Assembly: GCA_047285805.1 (NCBI GenBank)
Contig: JBJBCN010000002.1
Location: forward strand, 896,001 to 960,000
DNA: 64,000 nucleotides
Reading direction: 5' to 3'
From: Synechococcus sp.
GTDB taxonomy: Bacteria > Cyanobacteriota > Cyanobacteriia > PCC-6307 > Cyanobiaceae
The translations under genes and the position numbers were made by a program. Below the pieces are notes generated by a model that ran no database searches, was not told the DNA's origin, and was given only the letters and a program-made list of their open reading frames with translations. Shown piece by piece: positions 52,937-63,319 of this stretch; position 1 is the first letter of the stretch, and each line of letters starts with the position of its first letter.

Positions 52937-52998
52937 GCAAGGTCCAGGCGTAACGCCGACAAACTCGGCAAGATTGGCACTCCTCTTCTGAAGCCTCG

Positions 52999-54240
52999 GT
53001 GATCCTTCGCGGCCTCGTAACTGGATCCCTGGGCTGCCTGCTGAGCCTGCTGCTTGGAGCGAGTGGTTGGGCCGGCGAGGTCGAGACACCCACCGCTGAA
53101 GCCGCGGCCCATCAGCCCTTCAGCCTGCAGGAAGCGCTGAAGCTGCCGGATTGGCTGCGATTCTCGATCAACTACAGCGCCGAGCCCATGGCGAACCCCA
53201 TCGGCGGGGCGGCCCAGACATCGGCTTGGATCCAGGCCACCGCACTCGATCTCCAGGTCGGAGCTGGCCTGGACAGGGCCTCCACGGACTGGGTCGAGCT
53301 GGACCACTGGAGCCTGAACCTCAACGTCAACCACGTCGGTGGGGATGTCAGCTACGCCAGCCGTATTGGTGCCTTCCTGAATCCACAAACCCTGGCTTAC
53401 CCCGCCGGGTTCTACCCAACGGAACTCTCGCTCGAGCGTGACGCCGGAACCGACTGGCTTGGGCTACGGGCCGGCATCATCCCGATCGATAGCGATTTCG
53501 ACGGGACCTTAATGACGGCCCCGATCCTCGATAGCTATGTGCACTCGGCGCTGAACAACACCTACAACATCTATGCGGGGAACATTCCGATTACGCCCTT
53601 CTCCGCGCTAGCGGCACGGCTGGATCTCCATCCCCACGACAGTTTCGACTTCTACTACGGCTGGTTTGACCTGAAAACAGCAATCCCCTTGATCACCTCC
53701 CTGGGGGCACCCGTAAACCTCACACCCACCCAGGTCGGCGATGCCCACATCCTGCAGCTGAACTACACCCCGAAGGGCGCCTTTCCCGCCACTCCCACCT
53801 TGCCCGCTGAGCTGTTGACGGTAGGGGGCTTCACGACGGACTTCCAAGGCGAAGGCGTCTATGGAAGCGCGACGTGGAAGAGCGGATTGAGCCTGGGACT
53901 CGATGATCGGGTCTGGGTCGGCGCGGCCTACTCGCCGGACTTCAGCCTGAACCAGGCCCCCAGCTTCATCGGGGGTGGTGTGGTTATCCAAGGCGTCGTC
54001 CCCAACCGACCACAGGACCTGCTGATCCTGGGGGGCAGCCACGCCGGACTTAGCTCCAGTGCCCCACCGGTATACCCCAATCGGCCCTATGAAGGCGTCC
54101 TGGAACTGGGCTACCGGCTGCAGCTCAATCCCAATCTGAATCTGCAACCCACCCTGCAGTGGATCTTCGATCCAAGCGGGCGTGATCAACCCACCCCAGG
54201 AATCCTGACCACGTGCGTCCAGATCAGTCTGAGCTTGTGA
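52999..54240 (+). CDS. Carbohydrate-selective porin (OprB family)
   Basis: Signal peptide; ANPIGG and EGVLELGYRLQLNPNLNLQPTLQWIFDPSG motifs. Confidence 0.8.
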   Translation: MILRGLVTGSLGCLLSLLLGASGWAGEVETPTAEAAAHQPFSLQEALKLPDWLRFSINYSAEPMANPIGGAAQTSAWIQATALDLQVGAGLDRASTDWVELDHWSLNLNVNHVGGDVSYASRIGAFLNPQTLAYPAGFYPTELSLERDAGTDWLGLRAGIIPIDSDFDGTLMTAPILDSYVHSALNNTYNIYAGNIPITPFSALAARLDLHPHDSFDFYYGWFDLKTAIPLITSLGAPVNLTPTQVGDAHILQLNYTPKGAFPATPTLPAELLTVGGFTTDFQGEGVYGSATWKSGLSLGLDDRVWVGAAYSPDFSLNQAPSFIGGGVVIQGVVPNRPQDLLILGGSHAGLSSSAPPVYPNRPYEGVLELGYRLQLNPNLNLQPTLQWIFDPSGRDQPTPGILTTCVQISLSL

Positions 54241-55621
54241 GACGGCCCGAGGCCATCGCCTGCAGCAGGGCACGGTGGTCCTCTTCCACCTGATCGCTGT
54301 AGGCCACCGCAAAGTGGGCCATGGCCCGATCAAACGCTTTGTCCTCGCCCAGGGCACCGTGGAGGACTTGGCGCTGTCCGCTTCTGGCGTGAGCCCGGGC
54401 GAGGACCGCGGCGCAAAGCTTGGCGTAGGTCTTCAAGGAAGAGGGCTTCATCGCCTCCAGGGACACCGAAGCTTTCCAACCCCGAAGCTGCCGCCAGTAC
54501 ATAGGGATGCCCTTCGGCGTTGAGGTCCAACCCAGAAAGGGATCCGAGATGCACTGAATCAGGCGCTGACCTTCAACAACCCGCTGCCCCTCATGCCCTG
54601 AGTCCTCTCCCAACTGCTTGCTGATGCAGGAGGGGAGAGCCTGCTTGCTTTGCAACAGCAACCAATCCTCAGAGTGGGGACCCTTCAATAAACCAATCTC
54701 ACAGCGGATACCCACGGAACCGACGCCGGCGGCCTTCAGGGCGGTATCGATCAAGGCGAAGTCCTGAAGCTGATGACGGCGATGGGGAGAGAGGCTCTCG
54801 CGATAGCCCGCCAGGAGGAAGGCGATCGCTTTGCTGTGGCTTGAAATAGAGGCCGGGTCCAGGTCCGGTTCTGAGGTCCAGAGCAGGAGGGGATCCAGCA
54901 GGGAATGGCGCCAAATCAGCGGCGGCTGATGGCGGATCTGCGGGGTCCCATCCTCCAGAAACTCGCAATATTTCTGGATGGCGTGGCGGCCGGAGCGCCG
55001 CAAGGCATTGGCGCCGGCCGCCTCGAGGTGGGAGCGAAAGGCCTTCTGCGGCAGGGCTTCAACAAAGCGCTCGACATCCTGCTGACAGTTCCAGAGCTTC
55101 AGGGTTGGGAGCTCGGCGTAAGCCGCCATCGCCTTGCGGTAGGCCCCCGCCACCTTGCGGGCCAAGCGGAATTGCTCCTCGCCATCGAGCTGCCATTGCC
55201 GCGCCACCAAGACGACACTGACGAGGAGACGTTTGACATCCCACTCAAAGGGCCCCGATGCCGTCTCATCGAAGTCGTTGATATCGAAGAGCAAGCTGCG
55301 CTCCGGCGATGCATAAAAGCCGAAGTTCAGCAGGTGGGCGTCACCGCAGAGTTGGACCCGGTGGGCACTGCGGGGTAGCGGAGCCAGGTCCGCCGCCATC
55401 TGGGCGGCCGTCCCCCGGAACCAAGCAAAAGGGCTCTCGGCCATGCGGCGATGGCGCTCCGGGATCAACCATGGCAGGCGGGTGCTGTTCTGCTCTTCGA
55501 TCCGGCTGATCGGATCCAGCCGATCGATCAGCGGATGCCATTCGCCTAACGCCTCGAACGAACAGAACTGGGGAGCCGCGGAGCCCACGTCGCCAAGATG
55601 TCCTCTCTCCGGCTTAGCCAA
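54224..55621 (-). CDS. DUF2252-family (kinase-like) protein
   Basis: SPFAWFRG, CGDAHLLNFG, FDINDFDE, GVGSVG and LARAHARSG motifs; start uncertain. Confidence 0.88.
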   Translation of the reverse strand: MAKPERGHLGDVGSAAPQFCSFEALGEWHPLIDRLDPISRIEEQNSTRLPWLIPERHRRMAESPFAWFRGTAAQMAADLAPLPRSAHRVQLCGDAHLLNFGFYASPERSLLFDINDFDETASGPFEWDVKRLLVSVVLVARQWQLDGEEQFRLARKVAGAYRKAMAAYAELPTLKLWNCQQDVERFVEALPQKAFRSHLEAAGANALRRSGRHAIQKYCEFLEDGTPQIRHQPPLIWRHSLLDPLLLWTSEPDLDPASISSHSKAIAFLLAGYRESLSPHRRHQLQDFALIDTALKAAGVGSVGIRCEIGLLKGPHSEDWLLLQSKQALPSCISKQLGEDSGHEGQRVVEGQRLIQCISDPFLGWTSTPKGIPMYWRQLRGWKASVSLEAMKPSSLKTYAKLCAAVLARAHARSGQRQVLHGALGEDKAFDRAMAHFAVAYSDQVEEDHRALLQAMASGRLTSSD

Positions 55622-55659
55622 AGCAGGCGTCGGAGGGAAGAAACCGCCAAAGTTCAGGC

Positions 55660-56891
55660 ATGGTTCGTCACCACCAGAACAGCTTTCGCTCGGTCACAGC
55701 TCTCGCGGCGATCGCTGGAAATGCCGTGGAGTGGTTTGAATTTACAGTTTATGGATACCTGGCTGTCTCCTTGAGCCAGGCGTTTTTCCCCCAAGACAAC
55801 AGCAAATTCCAACTGCTCTCCAGCTTTGGGGTTTTCGCCGTTGGCTTCCTTATGCGACCGATCGGAAGCCTTGTTCTGGGGCCCTTGGGCGATCTCATCT
55901 GAAGCCGGTTTCTGTTGAGCGCAAGCCTCTATCTGATGGGACTATCGAGTCTCCTGATTGCCTGTCTACCCAACTACGACGCCTGGGGATGGCGCGCTCC
56001 GATAGCACTCACCATGCTTCGGATGGTGCACAGGTTTTCCGTCGGAGGTGATTTCACCGGCAGCATCGCCTTCAACGCTAAGACCGCGCCAAGAGGGAAG
56101 CGGTGTCTGGTTTGCAGCCTGACCAGCGAGGGAGCCCAGCTCGGTTTCAGGATGGCCGCCCTCAGTGCAGGTCTCTACGCCTTGTGGTTCAGCGGGAGTA
56201 GAAACGCAGGTGGACCAGGAGGCTGCCGTTCCTCCTCGGCTCTGGAGTGGTCCTGCTCGCGGTGTGGATGCAACTGCGCTTGCCCGAGAGCCTGGGATCC
56301 CCATGGACCGACACTTGGAGGCAGCTCAATGCTGCGGTCATCGAACGGCTTCAGGAGTTGTTGACCCGGTAGCTCCTGGCCTTGAAGGTCATGGCGCTCG
56401 TGGGCTTCACCAACGTGGTCTTCTACCCCGCGATGGTGTTCTTGGTGGACTTCTGCGTTCGCCAAAACAGAGAGGCCGCAGCGGCCAATGCCAACACCAG
56501 CGCCATCCATACCGGAGGTGTGTTGGTGATGATGGCGAGTGGAGCCCTTGCTGATCTCTTCGGCCTGCTGCGAATCAACCGATGGGGGAATATCGCGGAG
56601 CTGCTGCTGGTGGTTCCGGCTCTCTGGCTGGGTCTTGAAGGAACAGTGCTGAACATGACGATCGCACTGCAGCTCCTGGTGATCCCTTTGATGATGGTCC
56701 TTGGCACCCAGGGGCTACTCGGAGCGCTGTTGGTTCCCAGCCGTGACCGCTGTGCTGTGTTCTCGCTGGCCTACACCCTCTCTGTTGCCCTCTTCGGCGG
56801 AACGGCACCACTGCTGGCGGGATGGCTGCTCTACCAGCATGCGGTGGGCTGTCTGTTGTTCTACCGGTGCCCTTGGGCGTGTTGTGTCTGA
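55660..56891 (+). pseudogene. ProP-like MFS (metabolite:H+ symporter) pseudogene
   Basis: GNAVEWFEF, FLMRPIG and FGGTAP motifs; in-frame TGA at 55900 (GDLI*SR); frameshift near 56200 (RLPFLLG..LRLPES in another frame); TAG near 56370. Confidence 0.8.
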
Positions 56892-56931
56892 TCGCACTGA
56901 GCCGCAGCCAATCGCAGCTGGCGCGTGAAGA

Positions 56932-58458
56932 ATGCGAGCCATGGGAGACGGCACACCGATGACTCTCTCGTTTCGGGAACTCCAAGCGCAACTGCAGCCT
57001 GGCTGGGGCTGCGAGCACAACGGCAAAAGCGGCCAATTCGACGTGCTCGTGGTGCCCTCCCTGACGATGTACAAGACCCTGATGGCCTTGGTCACCGACG
57101 CACACCACTACGAGGAACGGCAGCTCTTCTCCCTGATTCGGCTCCGGGACCCCGGGGTGCGGGCCATCTATGTCACCAGCAAGTTACTGCCGGAGCTTGT
57201 CGTCGATGCGGTGCTGGAACTCCTACCTGGTGTCCCCACCTCCCATGCCCGCTGCCGGCTGCAGCTCTTTGACACCGACGACGCCTCCAACCGCCCCCTG
57301 ACCGAAAAGCTGCTGGAGCGCCCAGCCCTGCTGACCCGGATCAAGGAGCAGTTACGCACAGGCCGCAGCTTCATCAGCTGGTTCGTGGTGACCGAACTCG
57401 AGAAGCGACTCTCTGAAGTCCTGCAGATTCCGTTAGTGGGGACCGACCCCGCATTGGGCCACTGGGGCAGCAAAGCCGGCAGCCGTGAACTCTTTTCCCG
57501 CTGCGAGGTGCCGCACCCCCCGGGAGTGGGTTGGTCCACAACCTCGATGATTTAGCCGAAGTCACCGCCCCGCTCTGCGAGGAGCACCCCGAGCTCAAGC
57601 GCTGTGTCGTCAAGCTCAACGAGGGAATCAGCGGTGAGGGCAACGCCGCCCTTGATCTCCTGCCGCTGGGCCTAGACGCGTGCTCAGCGGCAGGCCGGCG
57701 CCAACGGCTACGCCAGGAACTGGAGCGCCTGCCAATGCCCGCCCAAGGGCTGGCTCAGTCTGCTGGCGGTGCAGGGTGCTTTGGTCGAAGCCTGGCTGGA
57801 GGGGGGCGATCAACTCAGCTACTCGAGCGTGCAAGGAACCATTCACCCCGATGGGCGTGTTGAGGTGCTCTCCACACGCGAACAGATCCTTGGGGGAGCC
57901 AACGGCCAGACCTACCAGGGCTGCCATTTTCGCGCGGATCAGGCCTATCGGCTCGCGTTAATGCGCCATGGCCAAGCCATCGGCGAAGCCCTCGCCGCCG
58001 AAGGGGCCCTGGAGCACTACGCGGTCGATTTCATTGCCCGCCTGATCGATGGGCAGTGGGACCTGCAGGCGATCGAGGTCACCCTGCGGCAGGGGGGAAC
58101 CAGCCACCCCTACATGGCCCTGCGGGCGATCACCACGGGCAGGCTCAATCCGGAGTCCGGGGAATTTCTCTCTCCCACCGGCCAGGCCTTGCACTACATG
58201 GCTACTGACAACCTGACCCATCCCAACCTGCGGGGATTGCTGCCGGCGGACCTAATCGACATCGTCGCGGAAGCGGATCTGCACTACGACCCCGCTCGGC
58301 TCAGGGGCAGCGTCTTCCACCTGCTGGGCTGCCTCTCGGAGTACGGCAAGTTGGGCATTACCTGTATAGGCCGCAGCGCCGATGAGGCCGAGCAGGTCTA
58401 CGCGGCGACCGCCAGTCAGCTGATAAAGCAGGCCACCTCCGTTCAGGACGGGGCCTAG
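56932..58458 (+). pseudogene. PGM1-related pre-ATP-grasp/ATP-grasp peptide ligase with two frameshifts
   Basis: VVPSLT, HYEER, WGSK, VVKLNEGISGEGNA, STREQILGG and GGTSHP motifs split over three ORFs; shifts at G runs near 57525 and 57748. Confidence 0.8.
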
Positions 58459-58676
58459 TCCTGGCCGCGGCCGGGATAGACCAGCACCGGCAGCTCGGCG
58501 TGGGTGAGCACCCGTTGGGTTTCACTCCCCAGCACCAGGCCAGCCAAAGCGCGGGGGCCATGTGAGGCCATGAAGATCAGATCGCAGCCGTCCTCACTGG
58601 CCATCTCCAGGGCCTGATCAACCGCCAAGTGGGAGAACTCCGAGCCGTCCGTGGGCACCAAGAGATGACGAAACAT
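58455..58676 (-). pseudogene. Universal stress protein with central deletion
   Basis: MFRHLLVPTDGS joins directly to CDLIFMASHG...LGSETQRVL...PVLV; only 73 aa. Confidence 0.7.
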
Positions 58677-58709
58677 CAGCCGCAATCCTTCGGGCTACCC
58701 GCAAGCTAG

Positions 58710-59369
58710 TCAGGCTGGACCAATCCAACCGGCCAGATGTGAGGCCGCCTGGGAGCGGGCCAGGGCGCGGGAAGCGGGCAGGGCCGGCTCGAGTTTTGCG
58801 GAGCTGAAGGGCGGCAATTGACGACTGCGCAGCCATGCGCCCCAGCGGAACTCGTGAAAGGGAATCAGTGGCGCTGAAGCGATCACCTTCTCGCGCTTCA
58901 ACTTCCAGACCAAGCTGCGGTAGGGATCGTCCTGGGTACCCAAAAGGGTGGAGGGCAGGACCGAGGGGTGCTGCGGCCCCAAGCCGCGACCGTCATAGAG
59001 GTAGAGCCAGCCGCGGCGATGCAGCTCAGCGAGCACCACGGCAGGATCCGCGCTGGGAACCTCCAGAGCGAGATAGCCAAAGGCCGTGGCCTGGGGGTCC
59101 AGCTCCAGCAGAGCACGCAAACGGTGATGGCGATCCACCATCCAGAGCTCACCGGCTGCACTGCGCACCAACGGCGTGGGTTTGCGCTTTAAGTACTGCC
59201 GCTGTTCTTTCGGGTGATCCTCAGCAAAATCCCGTTGGCGGCTCACGATTTCCGCCATGCCCACGCAGAGCTGAGTCGGATGCAGATCCTGAATTGGGAG
59301 CTCGAACAGCGCCGTTTTGCCCTCCGCGGGGGGCGGCAAGGAATGAAACGGAGGCAGACGCAAACCCAT
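58710..59369 (-). CDS. ParB-like/ParBc_2-family protein
   Basis: LHPTQLCVG, VDRHHRLRAL, DDPYRSLVW and PFHEFRWG motifs. Confidence 0.85.
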   Translation of the reverse strand: MGLRLPPFHSLPPPAEGKTALFELPIQDLHPTQLCVGMAEIVSRQRDFAEDHPKEQRQYLKRKPTPLVRSAAGELWMVDRHHRLRALLELDPQATAFGYLALEVPSADPAVVLAELHRRGWLYLYDGRGLGPQHPSVLPSTLLGTQDDPYRSLVWKLKREKVIASAPLIPFHEFRWGAWLRSRQLPPFSSAKLEPALPASRALARSQAASHLAGWIGPA

Positions 59370-59837
59370 CGCACGAACTTAAACCGGTTTTTTCAACTGC
59401 TGCTGTCGCTGTTCGCCGTTTTCTGTGTTGGGGTGAACAGTGCGCAGGCGGCGGATTCGGCCAGCTGCCATTCCCTCTCGGACACCCAGGTCGCAGCGCT
59501 GTTCGACCGCTGGAACGAGGCCTTGGCCAGCGGGGATCCCACCCAGGTAAGCGCTCTTTACCAAGCCGATGCCCTGCTGCTGCCCACCCTCTCGGATCGG
59601 GCACGCACCACGACGGCCGGGATCGAGGATTACTTCAAGGTTTTTTTGAGCAAACACCCCACCGGCCGCATTGATCAGCGGGTGATTCAGAGCGAGTGCG
59701 ATGTGGCCATCGATGCCGGCAACTACAGCTTTGAATTCGATGGCCAGGGATGGGTGCAGGCTCGATACACCTTTGTCTATGCCTACCGGGATGGGGAGTG
59801 GCGCATTGAGCACCAACACTCCTCGCTGCTGCCCTAG
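59343..59837 (+). CDS. COG4875 / SgcJ-EcaC (NTF2-like) secreted protein, iota-carbonic-anhydrase-like
   Basis: LFDRWNEAL, LLPTLS, IEDYF, ARYTFVY and HQHSSLLP motifs; signal peptide ending AQA. Confidence 0.82.
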   Translation: MKRRQTQTHRTNLNRFFQLLLSLFAVFCVGVNSAQAADSASCHSLSDTQVAALFDRWNEALASGDPTQVSALYQADALLLPTLSDRARTTTAGIEDYFKVFLSKHPTGRIDQRVIQSECDVAIDAGNYSFEFDGQGWVQARYTFVYAYRDGEWRIEHQHSSLLP

Positions 59838-60280
59838 ATAGCTAGCTTAAGCAGGTGGCGCAGCTCCCGCTTGGGCAGCTCCGTCAACACCGACGGTACG
59901 GCCGGAGACGCGGTTGTCACCCGGGAGCTCTCCTGGTGCTCGCGGATGGTCAGGCCATAGATCTCGAGGAAAAAATCGCGATCAGCCACCGAACCGGACA
60001 AGCCGGATTGGCGATAGAGCTTCCGCAGTGGGGTCCAGGGACGGTCCATGACGAGTCCGTGGAGCTGATGCAGGCGAAAACGTCTCAGGGCCTTGAGCGG
60101 TGATTCACCGCAATGGCTATGGAAGAGGTTCTGCAAGGTGCGCACACTGACGTGCACGTGTGCCGCTAGGTCCGGCATGCGCAGAGCACTTGCATAGTGC
60201 TCTGCGACATAGGCCGCCAAAGTCTGCATCACCGCAGCGTCGGCTGGATCGATAGCTCGATTCGGACCAGAGCGATCCAA
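59834..60280 (-). CDS. Stand-alone AraC-type HTH protein
   Basis: DLAAHVHVSVRTLQNLF...GESP...RL motif; no sensing domain; start uncertain. Confidence 0.7.
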   Translation of the reverse strand: MDRSGPNRAIDPADAAVMQTLAAYVAEHYASALRMPDLAAHVHVSVRTLQNLFHSHCGESPLKALRRFRLHQLHGLVMDRPWTPLRKLYRQSGLSGSVADRDFFLEIYGLTIREHQESSRVTTASPAVPSVLTELPKRELRHLLKLAI

Positions 60281-60379
60281 GAGGAGAGTGCTGGGAGCTG
60301 CGGAAAGTTAGACCCCCCAGCAAGCCCCAAAGCTCCTATGTCACGGAATCAAGCGCACTATGCAAAAACTGCAAAACGC

Positions 60380-60550
60380 TCAGCGGGGACGGCCCACATC
60401 GGTGGGCCTTGCCGGTGCAAGCAGACAGTGGGGAGCACTGCGCCAGCGGCGCTGACGGCGGCGCTGCAGCCAGGTGATCGCGAGCCGCAGGGTGATGAAG
60501 CCGTAGAGGGCCAGCAAAACCAAGCTCGCTGCGTCTTTCGAACTCGGCAT
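60380..60550 (-). CDS. Possible 56 aa single-pass membrane protein, below the ORF-track cutoff
   Basis: MPSSKDAASLVLLALYGFITLRLAITWLQRRRQRRWR...; TM helix followed by an Arg cluster. Confidence 0.4.
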   Translation of the reverse strand: MPSSKDAASLVLLALYGFITLRLAITWLQRRRQRRWRSAPHCLLAPARPTDVGRPR

Positions 60551-60623
60551 CGCCAGGGTCAGCGTGCAACGTTTTCATGCAAGCGGCGCTCGAAGGGGCG
60601 TCAATCGGCATTTGTGCCGAGTC

Positions 60624-60890
60624 TCAGCTGACCTTCACCCCCTTCCAAAAAGCTACCCGTTTGGTGATTTCAGCCGCCGCGGGCTTGGGGGTCTCGTAGC
60701 TCCAGGCGCAGTTGGCATTGACCACCACATCCCCATAGCGGCGGGTGTCCTTCCAACCGCAGCTACTGGTGTGGCTGCTGTCGCGGAAGAACTCCTGCTT
60801 GACGGCCGCGCGGGGGAAATCAGGATTGCCCTCCACTACGACGATCTCGTCGCTCTCGGCGATGACAGTTCCGTTCCAGCTGGCTTGCAT
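60624..60890 (-). CDS. DUF427-family protein (possibly degenerate)
   Basis: WNGTVIAESD, VEGN..FP, CGWK, AWSY and VAFW motifs. Confidence 0.75.
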   Translation of the reverse strand: MQASWNGTVIAESDEIVVVEGNPDFPRAAVKQEFFRDSSHTSSCGWKDTRRYGDVVVNANCAWSYETPKPAAAEITKRVAFWKGVKVS

Positions 60891-60913
60891 GCTTGAGGTG
60901 ATGCAACTACCTC

Positions 60914-62515
60914 ATGACCACGCCTGACTCGAGCAAGCCGGGACCGCGCTGGTGGGTCAGTGGCGACCTGGATGGCTTTCTGGGCTTGAGCCTGGACAAC
61001 CTGATCCAGATCCTGTTGATCCTTGGGCTCTGCCGGGGAGTTTTGGGCTACCCCGATGCCCTGGTCTTTGGCACGATCCTCCCCGCCACGGGCATCAGCC
61101 TGCTGATCGGCAATGCCGCCTACGCGCTGCAGGCCTATCGGCTGGCGCAGCGGGAGGGGCGCGATGACCGCACGGCCCTGCCCTATGGCATCAACACGGT
61201 CAGCCTCTTTGCCTACATCTTTTTGGTAATGCTGCCGGTGAAGCTCACCGCCCTCAGCCAGGGCATCGATGAGGCCTCCGCCGTGCGGCTCTCCTGGCAG
61301 GCGGGTCTGGTGGCCTGCCTGGGCTCCGGCTTGATCGAAGCTTGCGGGGCCTTCTGCACCGATTGGCTCAGGCGCTGGCTGCCGCGGGCGGCCCTGCTCT
61401 CCACCCTCGCGGGCATTGCCCTGGGCTACATCGCCTTGGGCTTCCTGCTGCGCACCTATGCCCAACCCCTGGTAGGGCTGGCGGTCTTGGCGGTGATCCT
61501 GGCTACTTATTACGGCAAGGTCCGCTTCCCGATCCCTGGCGGACTGTTGGCGGTGCTGGTGGGCAGCGTCCTGGCCTGGAGCAGTGGATTAATCGACGCC
61601 GATCCCCAGCGCTGGGCCCAGGAGGCGGCCCAGGTCGGCTGGCGCTGGCCCCAGGCGGAGCACGGCAGCCTGTGGGCGGCGCGAGGACAACTGCTGCCCT
61701 GGCTTGGGGTGATCGTGCCGATGGGCCTCTTCAACGTGCTCGGTTCCCTGCAGAACATAGAGAGCGCCGAGGCAGCCGGGGACCGCTACCCCGTGCGCAG
61801 CTCTCTCTTGATCAATGGCCTAGGCACCGTGGTCGCCGCGGGGTTGGGGTCCTGCTTTCCGACCACGATCTACATCGGACATCCCGGCTGGAAAGGGATG
61901 GGGGCCCGCATTGGCTACTCCTGGTTGAACGGGCTGCTGATGGGGGCGGCCTGCCTGCTGGGGCTCTTTGGCATCGTGGGCCAAATCGTGCCCATCGAAG
62001 CTGGGATGGCGATCGTGCTCTACATCGGCCTGGTGATCACCGCCCAGGCCTTTGAAGCCACCCCCCGCGCCCATGCCGCCGCAGTTGCCCTGGGGCTGAT
62101 GCCCGGTCTGGCGGGCTGGGGGGCCCTCCTGATCAAGGCGGGGCTGCGGGCCGGCGGGGCCGGAGGTCCCGACACACCCTTTGGCTCCGAACTGCTGGAG
62201 GGACTGCAGCAGTCCGATGTGTGGGCCGCCGGCGCCTTTGCCTTGGAGCAGGGGCAGATCATCACGGCAATGCTTCTGGCCGCAATGGTCGTCTACGCGA
62301 TCGAGCAACGCTTCAAGGCAGCCTGCCTGACCGCCCTCGTGGCCGCGGCCAGCTCCTGGTTCGGCTTGATCCATGCCTGGCAGTTCAGCGCCAGCGACAC
62401 CAGCCTGAAATTGGGTTGGGGCACCGGGGCGGCCTGGGCCCAGGGCTATCTGGCGATGGCCGTGGTCTTCGCCGCCGCCAGCTGGAGGAGCGGGATCACC
62501 AGAAAAGGCTCATGA
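60914..62515 (+). CDS. Permease (NCS2/AzgA-related)
   Basis: GDLDGFLGL, ALPYGINT, ESAEAAGD and IYIGHPGWK motifs; many TM helices. Confidence 0.85.
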   Translation: MTTPDSSKPGPRWWVSGDLDGFLGLSLDNLIQILLILGLCRGVLGYPDALVFGTILPATGISLLIGNAAYALQAYRLAQREGRDDRTALPYGINTVSLFAYIFLVMLPVKLTALSQGIDEASAVRLSWQAGLVACLGSGLIEACGAFCTDWLRRWLPRAALLSTLAGIALGYIALGFLLRTYAQPLVGLAVLAVILATYYGKVRFPIPGGLLAVLVGSVLAWSSGLIDADPQRWAQEAAQVGWRWPQAEHGSLWAARGQLLPWLGVIVPMGLFNVLGSLQNIESAEAAGDRYPVRSSLLINGLGTVVAAGLGSCFPTTIYIGHPGWKGMGARIGYSWLNGLLMGAACLLGLFGIVGQIVPIEAGMAIVLYIGLVITAQAFEATPRAHAAAVALGLMPGLAGWGALLIKAGLRAGGAGGPDTPFGSELLEGLQQSDVWAAGAFALEQGQIITAMLLAAMVVYAIEQRFKAACLTALVAAASSWFGLIHAWQFSASDTSLKLGWGTGAAWAQGYLAMAVVFAAASWRSGITRKGS

Positions 62516-63062
62516 TTTCAAGCCGGGCCACCCCCAAGGGGGCCGGCACCGGATTCGGCCCCGCCGGCTGAGCCTTCACGGCAAAGAGATAGGTATCAGC
62601 CCAAGTGGGATTCAGCGGTGGGCGCAGGGCCAGCGTGACCACCTGCCCCGGTTGCGGAGGCTCGGGGAAGACCGCCCGCAGGGTGCGGGTCGCCTGGTCA
62701 AAGGAGGCCTCCACGGGAACGGCAGCCCCTTGCTGGCGGGGGCGGCCGAGAAATGCCCGCGCCCGCTTGGGCGCCAGCGAAAAGGTGCGATCTACGCCGC
62801 GGGTCTGGGTGATCACCAGCCCTCCCAAACCGGCCCCGGCGTTCTCGGAAAGGGTGATCGTGAAGTAGTACTGCCCTTGGGCCTGGTTGACGTACCAGTT
62901 GTAGTTGGTGAAATCCACCTTCCAGGGCGGATTCGTGAAGGAGGTCTGCCCCCGGAGCTCAAGAGCCGAAGCGGGTTCCGGCCGAAGGCCATCAGCCACC
63001 CCGGAGAGAAGCAAACCCAGCGCTGTGCAAGCGGCAGCCGCTGACGCTCTCCAAGCGGCCAT
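62496..63062 (-). CDS. DUF2808-family secreted protein
   Basis: FTNPP, YYFTITL, FPEPPQPG and NP...YLFAV motifs. Confidence 0.8.
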   Translation of the reverse strand: MAAWRASAAAACTALGLLLSGVADGLRPEPASALELRGQTSFTNPPWKVDFTNYNWYVNQAQGQYYFTITLSENAGAGLGGLVITQTRGVDRTFSLAPKRARAFLGRPRQQGAAVPVEASFDQATRTLRAVFPEPPQPGQVVTLALRPPLNPTWADTYLFAVKAQPAGPNPVPAPLGVARLEIMSLFW

Positions 63063-63145
63063 AGCAGCATTGATGTGGATGGTTGAACGCTAGCCAGCGT
63101 TTTTGAAAGCAGTTGATATCTTCAAAAGGACTGCAGCGCTCCTCG

Positions 63146-63319
63146 ATGAACCGGGCTGAACTCGATGCCATCGAACTGATGCTGCGTGATCTGAACACCC
63201 GCCACGAAGAGATTCGCCACCGGGCTGCCTTCCGCGGCTGCACCCGCGAATTGGTTGTGCTGCAACAGGAACTCGTGCAGTACCTGATGGACAAAAAAGC
63301 CGCAATCAGCGGCCGTTAG
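63146..63319 (+). CDS. Small conserved hypothetical protein
   Basis: MNRAELDAIELMLRDLNTRHEEIRHRAAFRGC; ATG at 63146. Confidence 0.6.
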   Translation: MNRAELDAIELMLRDLNTRHEEIRHRAAFRGCTRELVVLQQELVQYLMDKKAAISGR

